DNA from: an uncultured archaeon
GTDB lineage: Archaea; Thermoplasmatota; Penumbrarchaeia; JASLWR01
Length of the DNA: 42,414 nt
Assembly (NCBI GenBank): GCA_964342815.1
Contig: CAYFHS010000016.1
Location: forward strand, 1-42,414
Direction of reading: 5' to 3'
Within the stretch, counting starts at the first letter, position 1. Each line of letters begins with the position of its first letter. Below, in pieces: positions 8,781 through 17,328 of this stretch. Position numbers and translations under genes: made by a program. The notes under the pieces were generated by a model. That model made no database searches. It was given only the letters and a program-made list of their open reading frames with translations, and was not told where the DNA came from.

Positions 8781-8933
8781 GAATATTGTCAATGGTGCGA
8801 AGTTCGAAAATAATTCGACATTCGCAGCTTGACAATGTTCGCGGTATCGCCCGTAGGGGGGAACATCCCCGAGGGCGCAGATGCATTTTCGATGCATCGG
8901 AGAGAAATGGGCGCGTGAAAGCGCAGATACCGC
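8781..8933. ncRNA. Unassigned highly structured element (long hairpin plus four-way junction); strand uncertain
   Basis: Stems 8781-8792/8829-8840, 8796-8801/8821-8826, 8804-8808/8814-8818, 8841-8848/8926-8933, 8849-8852/8873-8876, 8858-8862/8866-8870, 8880-8886/8892-8898 and 8911-8914/8921-8924. Confidence 0.65.
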
Positions 8934-8962
8934 TGAATATATAAAACTAGAAAGAGGGTGGG

Positions 8963-8984
8963 TGAAAGTAAGATTATTATAGTA
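8963..8984 (-). promoter_or_regulatory. Promoter/operator-like motif pointing into the structured element
   Basis: TGAAAGTAAGATTATT (+) is identical at 25820-25835. TTATTATAGTA is identical at 5144-5154. Both other copies are upstream of minus-strand genes. Confidence 0.5.
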
Positions 8985-9015
8985 CTGGATCCCGAATAAT
9001 AAATATTTTGCTTAT

Positions 9016-10527
9016 TCAATTATTTCCTTCCACATACCTCTTCAGTTCATGAAACATTATATCCGCACTTCGCCACCGGTTCTCCTTTTCCTTTTCCAGT
9101 GCTTTCATTATGATGGTTTCCAATTCGGGGGAAATGTTCGAATTAATGGAGCTTGGTGGTTCTACGGTTTCGTAAAGTATATTAGTAATTATCCCGGCGG
9201 GGTCATCAGCCATGAAGGGATTTTTTCCGGTCAGCATCTCGTAAAACAAAATACCAAGTTGGAATATGTCGGTGCTCCAGTCTATCTTGCCGTATTTTTT
9301 TGGACTCGCCTGTTCGGGAGCGCTGTATGCAAGAGTGCCTTTTTTTTCATCGCCCGCGGTCTCTGTTACCGACGCCATGAATTTTCCGATACCCCAATCG
9401 GATATTTTCGGCCGACCACCCCTCGTAAAAAGAATATTTTCGGGTTTTATATCACGATGAATGGAAGCCATGCGATGTGCATAGGATATGGCGTCAACCA
9501 ATTGAAGGAATATGTCAAATGCCTCCCGGATGGTCAATTTTTTTGTCTTCATCCGATCCTTCAAGTTTCCTCCTTCCATCAGCTCCATTATCAGGCAGGG
9601 TACCGGGTCCAGAAGACATTTACGGAACTTTACGATATTCTTGTGACGGAGCTTCGCCCATATCTTCGCCTCCGATCCGAACTTGTTGTAGACTGCGGTA
9701 TCAAGGGTCCCATCAAGGAATTTCGGCAGCTTTATCGCAACCGGTTTGCCATCCCGGTCGATACCCTTGTAAACTACGGCGGAACCGCCCGAACCGGTCC
9801 TGTGAGTGATGGTGTAATTGGGAACGATATATCTGAATTTACCCTCAATGGGCTGCCAGCGGATGAGCATTTCTTCCTTTCTGCGTTTCAACAAGGCTTG
9901 AATCTCTAGATGGAGCCTTTCACTTTCTCCGAATTTTCCCTTACCAAGCGCTTGTTGTGCTTTTATCACGTTTTTTCGTATGTCTTCGACATCGACCTCA
10001 CGTTCGATCTCATCAAGTTCAGCTAAAGATTGATTAATCTTGGTATTTATTCTCAGATGCCTTTCAAGAATAGCGTTCATTCCCTCCTTCACATCTGGCA
10101 ATGCTTTCAGTATTGAGCTGTAATCTCCCTTTCGGTACATTTCATCAAGCCGTTCGATCTCACTTTCGGCGGCTCCAATTCCCCTAGCGTTGATGTTTTC
10201 CCTTAATTTATGAATTTCGCCCATAGCGGAGGTGGCTTGGTTGAATAATGACAATGTTTGCTCCAATTCATAATTTACTGAATCAAGTGATTTTCGAGCT
10301 TGACCGTATTTCTTTCCATCCAGTTGTTTTTCGATCTTGCTGAGTCGAATCCCGGATATAAACACTACTCCTCTTCTGACGTACTGCTCTATCTTTTCCT
10401 CCACCTGCCGGAAATTGTCCATCTCTTGTTTGTGTATTGCTGTTCCAAGCCTCGAACTTGCCTCGATTATCGATTGATCTACCAGATGGCACAGGTCCTC
10501 CCATGAGGTCGGTGATTTGGATCTCAC
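9016..10527 (-). CDS. Hanks-type Ser/Thr protein kinase with N-terminal helical/coiled-coil repeats
   Basis: GSGGSAVVY, VAIK, HRDIKPEN, ISDWG, GTLAYSAPEQ and DIFQLG motifs. GTG start overlaps the upstream TGA (GTGA), with a GGAGG SD. Confidence 0.92.
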   Translation of the reverse strand: MRSKSPTSWEDLCHLVDQSIIEASSRLGTAIHKQEMDNFRQVEEKIEQYVRRGVVFISGIRLSKIEKQLDGKKYGQARKSLDSVNYELEQTLSLFNQATSAMGEIHKLRENINARGIGAAESEIERLDEMYRKGDYSSILKALPDVKEGMNAILERHLRINTKINQSLAELDEIEREVDVEDIRKNVIKAQQALGKGKFGESERLHLEIQALLKRRKEEMLIRWQPIEGKFRYIVPNYTITHRTGSGGSAVVYKGIDRDGKPVAIKLPKFLDGTLDTAVYNKFGSEAKIWAKLRHKNIVKFRKCLLDPVPCLIMELMEGGNLKDRMKTKKLTIREAFDIFLQLVDAISYAHRMASIHRDIKPENILFTRGGRPKISDWGIGKFMASVTETAGDEKKGTLAYSAPEQASPKKYGKIDWSTDIFQLGILFYEMLTGKNPFMADDPAGIITNILYETVEPPSSINSNISPELETIIMKALEKEKENRWRSADIMFHELKRYVEGNN

Positions 10528-10925
10528 CTGATACCCTCCTTTCGCAGTATCTCAAGGATCTTATTGAGATCCACCGTATCTTCATTCATGGAATCCAACT
10601 TCATGACAAGCTTTTCCAACTCCGTTTTTCGGTTTTTGAGTTCCCTGAATCGACATTGATCCTCTTTTAGCCTTGACATTAAATCTTCTGTAATTTTCTC
10701 AAGTGAATCTACCTTCTCATTCTTCATTAATCCATTGATTCCATCAAGTTCAGGATATTTTCCGGATATCAGCAGAGGTGGCAAGTGCTCAAGCTCGCCT
10801 CTCGATTCCATAAGTTCCTCCCTGACAGCCAGTTTTCTGCGTCGGAGCCGGCCCCAGAAGGCACCGATTATTCCCAGGATTATGACGATTGCGAAAATAG
10901 CGCTGACGATCAGTGACGTATACAT
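10524..10925 (-). CDS. Small membrane-anchored coiled-coil protein
   Basis: N-terminal TM (LIVSAIFAIVIILGIIGAFW) followed by RLRRRK, then heptad-rich helices. Translationally coupled to the kinase. Confidence 0.75.
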   Translation of the reverse strand: MYTSLIVSAIFAIVIILGIIGAFWGRLRRRKLAVREELMESRGELEHLPPLLISGKYPELDGINGLMKNEKVDSLEKITEDLMSRLKEDQCRFRELKNRKTELEKLVMKLDSMNEDTVDLNKILEILRKEGIR

Positions 10926-10955
10926 ATGTACTTCCCTTCCGAAACTTATATCAAA

Positions 10956-13900
10956 TTAGGTTTTCCGATCACTTCCGTTTGAATCCAAGAGTTCCTTTTT
11001 CTCCTTTTCCACCAACTTGTAATATAGGAAAGATACCAGGATGACCATGATGCCAACGCTTAAGAACACGATCACCCGAAATCCCATGATAAGGTCGCTA
11101 GAGTCCTTGAAAATGATCTTAAGAATGACAAAACCGATCACAGAAAGACCCATCCATCTCAGGTATGATTTTTTCAGTGTATGGCCGAAAAATACCAGAG
11201 ACAGGCCCAGGGCGGCCCAGATCACCGAAATGAGCCAGATATACTCGCCACCCTTCCACCCCCAGAAAGTTATGACAGCGAGGATGAATAATCCCACTGA
11301 CAGTCCGAAAGCTGTTTGTCCCGTCATAGGTTCCCGCCCGAATCTCTTGTGAGTTCCAAGTACCAGAGTGAGTATCACGCCCATCACCACCAATAAAAAC
11401 ACCTTTCTCTGGAAGGGGGTCAGTATCGCGCTTGCCTCTTCGGGATTGGGAGGATTGCCGGTGAAAAGATAGAACGTTAACAGAAAACACACCATGGCCA
11501 ATGGGTAGGACCATGAATCCCGACGCTTGAATGCTGTAATGAGGATGGCAAGCGGTATAAAATATCTGCCGAATTTCGCTCCGGGTGTTATAAAAAAGAT
11601 AAGGAATAGACAAGTCATTAAGACAGGCGATATTCGGTTGAGTTTGGAAAAGACCTTTACCGTGTCCTTTGTCCAAATTAGATATACTATTGAGAGGCAT
11701 ACGGATGAGAGAACAATATCGCTTACAACTCCGGAAAGATAGATGGTGGGAGTAATTTTTACTTCCATTGGGTCCGCCATGGTGATAAGCCTGATTATCA
11801 ATGCCGCAACAATTCCCCAGGCCATGAAACCCCAGAATCGTTCCCGTTCCTTGTAGATGTGGAACAGTAGAAATACGGATGTCAGGACCATGGCAGAGGC
11901 CGCCAGGGAATGTAATTCAAAGCGATATAAAACCATTGAAAGGCTCACAACGAAGAAGAGTATCGAAAATGCTGCCCCTACGGTATGGCGGCTGATCTTC
12001 TTTTGTTCCAACAAATAACGAGCCACTTCGTTTTTGTCCGGATTCTTTTTCTGCTCGAATCCTCTTTTCAATTGTCGGTGAGCCGACATTATAAAAACGA
12101 ATGTCATGAGGAATAGCAGTATGCCAAAACCGTAACGTATATAAAAATCTGCATTGGGAACTTTTCCGTTCGAGACGTCGATAAGAGAGTTTATTCCGGT
12201 TAAAATACCAAAACCAACGGCAGCAATGGAGATTGTCGATGTGTACATCGTTCCCTTCAATGATGAATAAAATCCTTCATCGTATGCAGCGGAGCTACTT
12301 TTCGAGTTATTTTTCTTAATTCCCGAGTCCATGTATCGTCTGTAGAAGAACAGTTGAGAAAGCAAAACGAAGACGAAGGAGATACACAGATACGCTGCGG
12401 TCGTTCCTTTGCCGTCGATTCCCAGACCCAATGGCCAGAAGGCTACCAGCGGTAGAATAATATACCAATTCCTGCTTTTCAACGTGTATTGAGCACAGAG
12501 CAGCAGTAACCAGTTGGCTGAGAAAAAGATGAATATCCAGTAGGTGTCCAAGGATCCCGTGGAGTCGGCTAGAAAATCTCCAAGAGATGAGCAGGCAAAA
12601 CAGGAAATAACCAGAGAAAAGAAGAGCCAAAGGATGATGGTGGCATTCTCCTTTTGCTCCTCATATAATAGGTAGGCTTCGAAGGAACTCATGTTCATAT
12701 CTTTTTTTCCAATATAACGGTGGGTAGAACTCTTTAAACGCATACTGATAATATAGGCAATGGAAATGATCGTTACGGCAGCAGGAAGGAAGAATGTTCG
12801 AATTTCTGAAATCCTCAAAATTTTCACTCCATTCCCGAATGAAGAGACGAATCCGGCGGCCATTAACAATATTGCAAGAATAATCAGACCGAAAGATCTT
12901 TGCAGTACATCCCACCTCATGATCACGGCTGAGATACCAGATGCGAGAACAAGTGTCCAGAAGAGATATGGATTCACGCGCTCGAAGGGATCGATGCATA
13001 ATATTATCAAAAGGAAAATCGGGAAAACGATCCAGGATACAGTGAACTCAGATTGAAATATCTTCCGGGGAAAGGAAACTGGTTTGATGATGAATCTGTG
13101 AAACAGCACATATAGCCAAGATAGGGTGCCGATCAAGATTATGGATATGATACCTGTTTCCGCCGAGTGATCAAAATAATGAATGTAAAGGCATACAAGA
13201 ACCCCCGTGGAGGGAATGATGACCGAAAAAGAAGCGTGGTGTCTGATGGTAGGGTATGCTAGAAGGGATCCGAATATCACGGCGAAATCGATTATAGGCA
13301 TGTAATCCCAGAAATCCAGATAACCTTTGAAAGTATATACAATCAGATAGACACCAAGAATAGAAGCCGATATTAATAACAAAAGGTTCTGTTTGATCCT
13401 TCCGGTTTTCTCCGGTTGGTCTAACAGGGAACTTGATTCTTTCGCATCGATCTTCAACATTTTTATTGCTTGATAGTTAATCCAAATGGCAAATATGAGA
13501 AGGCTTAAAAGTGAGATCTGAGCTGCAGCAAAGGAGATGGCGGGAGTGATTATTGCCATAACTGCAGCCCCGATACCGAGGGTGGCAAGAAGAACTATCC
13601 TTTCTCGTTTGTTCGACCGTCCATTCCTGAAAACACTAATGGCGAATAACGGGATCATTAGATAGAACAGACCCCAACCCAAGAGACCGTACAAAAGACT
13701 AGCATCATCGGGATAGCTGTACGAGGCCAATATTAGCAAGGCCATAAGGGGGTAGCAGACCTCAGAATAATCATATCGTCTAAATCTCAATATCATGAAG
13801 TGAGCGAGAAAATATATTATAGCAAAAGGGTAAAATGTTTTTAGAAATATACCCATGGGAATACCGGCGGCAAATGCAATTAAACTGAACAGCCATGGGC

Positions 13901-16900
13901 GGGTTATTTCTTTTATTAGATATTTGATGAAACTGCCAAAAATAAACAAGACTCCACCGAAAAGTAGAGTTGACATGGGTAGTCCGTATGAACCCAAAAC
14001 TACTAATCCAGTATCCTTTTGGGATACGAGAACACAAAACACACTGGAAAATATTAAACCTGCAAACCACAAATAACGATGTGGTTTTCGATAAAGTACG
14101 AAAGTATTGGCCAGAACAAAGAAAATAACCACCGGCCAAAATGTATCACAATAAATACCGACCAAAATACCGGTGGCAAATGTTATCACGCTGAAAATCC
14201 AAGTATGGCGCGCATCTATTTCCAGAGATTTGATAAAACTGCCAAAAATAAAACAGATCGCACCGAAAAGTAGTGTTGATCCGGGTAGTACATATGAATC
14301 AAAAGCAATTAATCCGGTATGCTCTCGAGATACAAGAACACACAGCACACTGGAAAAAATTAGACCTGAAAACCATAAATAACGATGTGATTTCGGATAA
14401 AGTACAAAAGTTTTGGTCAGGACATATATAATAGCCACCGGCCAAAAGGTCCCGCAATAAATACCGACCATGATACCAGTAGCAAAAGTGATCACACTGA
14501 AAGTCCATGAATGAGCATTTTCTTTTTCAAGAGATTTGAAATAAATGCTAAAAATAAACACGACGGCACCGAAAAGTAGAGTTGACCAGGGAAGCTCATA
14601 TGAACCCAATGCAATTAATCCGGTATCCTTTCTGGAAACAAGAATACACAGCACACTGGAAAGAATAAAGCATGTATACCATAGATATCGAAGCCGTCTC
14701 CAATTTAGTTGCAAGACGTTAGCGAGAACAAAGGAAACTGCGATTGGCCAGAATGTATCGATAAACAGACCTATAATTATACCCGTGATAAAGGTGATCA
14801 CGCTGTAGGTCCAAGGGTGGTCCAACTCATCCTTCAAATAGACGGCGGAACCTGCATACGTGATAAGCGTGGCTCCGAATATAATACCGCCCCAGGGAAG
14901 CTCGTAAGATCCAAGGTACAAAGGCTCCACCTCTTTCAGTGAGACCATTATGCATACGAGCATGGACAGAAAAAGACTGCCGTACCACAGAAATTGGAAA
15001 TAGAGACGTTTCTTACTCTCCTCCTGTATATCCAGATACTTCTTGTGAGGGCTCTTCTTTTCCGTCGACGGATCAGCTTTCTTTCCTCCGGGTTGGTCCC
15101 GCCTCAATCCCATCTTCGATGTACCGGTGGCTAGGAAGGCGGTAAGAAGCATAACCAGGGCCCCGGCGATCAGTATCTCGGAGGTCATCTGGCCGTTGAA
15201 CACCATGAGCCATATATTTGTCACAATAACAGTAATATAGGCCATCTTAGAAGATCGCGTACGATCGAAAACAAGATAGGATGCAAAAGTGAAAAGACCG
15301 GCAATTCCCGCCAGGAGGATTGCATAATTATGTGCCGATATGAAGGATTCGCCATCTATTTTCGTGATTCTCATAATCGTTACCAGAAGATATGAGGCTA
15401 AAATTGACATTCCTATGAGAAGATACATCTGGTATCGATATGATGCTGCGATGTTCGCTAGGATGATAACGCTTGCGATACCTATTATCAAGGGAAAATT
15501 GTAATCATATCGATACATGACACCGCATCCGGCATACAAAGAAATGAAACCCAATATACTCATCCCATTGGCAAAGGGGATCATCCGATTTCTTCGGTAC
15601 AAGAATTCTCCTGCGATTCCTACTGCGATTCCAAACAGGAAAATACCAATGATCTTTCCTTCTTCACCAATTCTTGACCAGCTCCATATTCCTGCAAAGA
15701 TCAATCCGATGGTAACGATAATAATACCTGTAATCAACAGCCAAATGCTCCCAATTTTCTCCTCGATCTTCTTTATACTCTCTTTTTTTAATATTTTTCT
15801 CTTTTCCCGTAATGGGCTGTATCCATGGCCACCTTTCTTTCCTTTATAAATCCCTAAGTGATCTTGTTCAGCGGGGGGTTTCTTCCAATAGAAGCGGTGA
15901 TGACATCGTGGACAAAGACCAACGCCATCTTGAAAGAATTGTAATTTCGTATTACCGCAGTGACCACAAACACCATCGTCAGGAGGGAGTTCAGATGGTT
16001 GGGAGCGTTTACCACTTTTCTTTCTGATTTCCGATGAACTCTTAATCTTCATTTCTTTTTCTCTCAATATGGCTTCACGTTTCCAAGATTTCAAATCCTT
16101 CTCGAATTCTATATCCTCATCTTCCCAATCATCCTCATGCTCATAGAAGCTAGTACCGCAGGAGGGACATACGTTGTCTTTCTCCTTCAGCGACCTTCCG
16201 CAGTCCGGACATTCGTATTCTTCGTCCTCATCGATCTCGTCAACCTCAACGATTGGGTCAATCTCATCAAACTTGTCAACTTCATCTATCTTTACAACCT
16301 CATCGATCTTGTCAACATCATCGATCTTGTCAACCTCATCGATCTTGTCAATCTCACCAATCTCTACGTCAGCACCGCAGGCAGGGCAGTAATCCATAGA
16401 ATTAGTTAAAATACAACCACATTCTGAACACTCGTATTCGATTTCCCCGGTTTCTTCCCAATCAAACTTAAAGGGTTCTACCTCTACCGGTTTTAAATAC
16501 TCTATTTCCTGTTCTTCCAAGAACAATTCCTCTTTGACTGTCTTCTTGGGAGATGGTTTTGGTTCAGCTTCCTTTTTGGAAATTATTAAAACCTTTTTTT
16601 CCTCCGCCGATGCTATCTGCTGCTCCTCGAGTAATTCCGATCGCTCATCATCGGATAGCATAAAGGAGGTCGTATCTTCCTCGGCAGCGCTTACCGGTTC
16701 CGAATCAATGGAAACAAGTTCTTGGCTGTACGCCAGGAGTCTCAGTGCATCCTCGAACCTAGATATAGTGGGTTTTCCGGAATCTCTTTTGTCTTTTTTC
16801 CGGTAATAAAATTCGTACGTACAGGATAGACATTTGGCCTTACCGGAGGGATGAAAGGAAATCGTCCTTTTCCGACAATTGGGGCAGTACGGTCTGGTAG

Positions 16901-17159
16901 GACGGTTCAATGAAGCACTAATACCGCAATTTGAACACCAAATCTTCCGATTAGAAGTGTAAACCAGATAATCCTCATGACAATTGGGACATCTCGAAAA
17001 TCCATCCATTATCGTCTCAGGGATTTCATCTTTCTCAATTATATCTAGTACACTGTGTATTAGTTCTGTCTGACTTTTAATAATCAGTTGTTGCGATTTT
17101 CTAATACGATCCAATTCGCTCTCTATTGGCTCAACCCCTTTTTCATCTTTGAGGTTCAT
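10956..17159 (-). CDS. Giant DUF2339-like polytopic membrane protein with N-terminal Zn ribbons and internal tandem repeats
   Basis: DUF2339-type start of the TM region (IEEKIGSIWLLITGIIIV) and end (SVIWAALG...YLRWMGL...LKIIFKD...RVIVFLSVG...SFLYYK). Five CxxC-CxxC pairs in the first approximately 430 aa. Confidence 0.85.
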   Translation of the reverse strand: MNLKDEKGVEPIESELDRIRKSQQLIIKSQTELIHSVLDIIEKDEIPETIMDGFSRCPNCHEDYLVYTSNRKIWCSNCGISASLNRPTRPYCPNCRKRTISFHPSGKAKCLSCTYEFYYRKKDKRDSGKPTISRFEDALRLLAYSQELVSIDSEPVSAAEEDTTSFMLSDDERSELLEEQQIASAEEKKVLIISKKEAEPKPSPKKTVKEELFLEEQEIEYLKPVEVEPFKFDWEETGEIEYECSECGCILTNSMDYCPACGADVEIGEIDKIDEVDKIDDVDKIDEVVKIDEVDKFDEIDPIVEVDEIDEDEEYECPDCGRSLKEKDNVCPSCGTSFYEHEDDWEDEDIEFEKDLKSWKREAILREKEMKIKSSSEIRKKSGKRSQPSELPPDDGVCGHCGNTKLQFFQDGVGLCPRCHHRFYWKKPPAEQDHLGIYKGKKGGHGYSPLREKRKILKKESIKKIEEKIGSIWLLITGIIIVTIGLIFAGIWSWSRIGEEGKIIGIFLFGIAVGIAGEFLYRRNRMIPFANGMSILGFISLYAGCGVMYRYDYNFPLIIGIASVIILANIAASYRYQMYLLIGMSILASYLLVTIMRITKIDGESFISAHNYAILLAGIAGLFTFASYLVFDRTRSSKMAYITVIVTNIWLMVFNGQMTSEILIAGALVMLLTAFLATGTSKMGLRRDQPGGKKADPSTEKKSPHKKYLDIQEESKKRLYFQFLWYGSLFLSMLVCIMVSLKEVEPLYLGSYELPWGGIIFGATLITYAGSAVYLKDELDHPWTYSVITFITGIIIGLFIDTFWPIAVSFVLANVLQLNWRRLRYLWYTCFILSSVLCILVSRKDTGLIALGSYELPWSTLLFGAVVFIFSIYFKSLEKENAHSWTFSVITFATGIMVGIYCGTFWPVAIIYVLTKTFVLYPKSHRYLWFSGLIFSSVLCVLVSREHTGLIAFDSYVLPGSTLLFGAICFIFGSFIKSLEIDARHTWIFSVITFATGILVGIYCDTFWPVVIFFVLANTFVLYRKPHRYLWFAGLIFSSVFCVLVSQKDTGLVVLGSYGLPMSTLLFGGVLFIFGSFIKYLIKEITRPWLFSLIAFAAGIPMGIFLKTFYPFAIIYFLAHFMILRFRRYDYSEVCYPLMALLILASYSYPDDASLLYGLLGWGLFYLMIPLFAISVFRNGRSNKRERIVLLATLGIGAAVMAIITPAISFAAAQISLLSLLIFAIWINYQAIKMLKIDAKESSSLLDQPEKTGRIKQNLLLLISASILGVYLIVYTFKGYLDFWDYMPIIDFAVIFGSLLAYPTIRHHASFSVIIPSTGVLVCLYIHYFDHSAETGIISIILIGTLSWLYVLFHRFIIKPVSFPRKIFQSEFTVSWIVFPIFLLIILCIDPFERVNPYLFWTLVLASGISAVIMRWDVLQRSFGLIILAILLMAAGFVSSFGNGVKILRISEIRTFFLPAAVTIISIAYIISMRLKSSTHRYIGKKDMNMSSFEAYLLYEEQKENATIILWLFFSLVISCFACSSLGDFLADSTGSLDTYWIFIFFSANWLLLLCAQYTLKSRNWYIILPLVAFWPLGLGIDGKGTTAAYLCISFVFVLLSQLFFYRRYMDSGIKKNNSKSSSAAYDEGFYSSLKGTMYTSTISIAAVGFGILTGINSLIDVSNGKVPNADFYIRYGFGILLFLMTFVFIMSAHRQLKRGFEQKKNPDKNEVARYLLEQKKISRHTVGAAFSILFFVVSLSMVLYRFELHSLAASAMVLTSVFLLFHIYKERERFWGFMAWGIVAALIIRLITMADPMEVKITPTIYLSGVVSDIVLSSVCLSIVYLIWTKDTVKVFSKLNRISPVLMTCLFLIFFITPGAKFGRYFIPLAILITAFKRRDSWSYPLAMVCFLLTFYLFTGNPPNPEEASAILTPFQRKVFLLVVMGVILTLVLGTHKRFGREPMTGQTAFGLSVGLFILAVITFWGWKGGEYIWLISVIWAALGLSLVFFGHTLKKSYLRWMGLSVIGFVILKIIFKDSSDLIMGFRVIVFLSVGIMVILVSFLYYKLVEKEKKELLDSNGSDRKT
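13773..14996 (-). repeat. Four in-frame tandem 306-nt (102-aa) membrane repeats inside the DUF2339-like gene
   Basis: Units begin QFLWY/RYLWY/RYLWF/RYLWF at 14996, 14690, 14384 and 14078. ACCGAAAAGTAG recurs at 13956, 14262 and 14568 (306-nt period). Confidence 0.9.
16228..16355 (-). repeat. Coding 18-nt minisatellite (DEVDKI-type acidic repeat, about 7 units)
   Basis: CATCGATCTTGTCAAC(C/A)T-like units encoding IDKIDEVDKIDDVDKIDEVVKIDEVDKFDEID. Confidence 0.85.
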
Positions 17160-17328
17160 CCGTTTTAGGTAACCGTGACTATATCACGTGAGATAATAGT
17201 CCTTGATATGTAAATTATTATCCTTGGATGTGTATGGGGAAATTCTACTATATATAGATTCCTAACAGTATGAAAAGAATCACAGTATCTTGCCATGGGA
17301 AAATGAAACTTTCAAGTTAAAAAAAGTT

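Noticed and set aside
8841-8933. Resemblance to a SAM-I riboswitch (AUC...GAU closing stem, four-way junction) or tRNA cloverleaf
   Set aside because: Lacks the SAM-I P3 motif (GCAACC/GGUGC), a canonical K-turn and the pseudoknot; also lacks D-loop, TPsiC and anticodon-arm geometry.
8789-9019. 76-aa TTG-start ORF with a hydrophobic stretch, a possible leader peptide or type I toxin
   Set aside because: The hydrophobic run derives from the T-rich promoter/terminator sequence, there is no RBS, and it overlaps the structured element; probably spurious.
9385-9405. DWG instead of DFG in the kinase activation segment
   Set aside because: DWG is common in archaeal Hanks kinases; not unusual.
9049-9909. 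286-aa antisense ORF over the kinase, and many similar shadow ORFs in the track
   Set aside because: Antisense or out-of-frame to clearly recognisable genes, with no motifs of their own.
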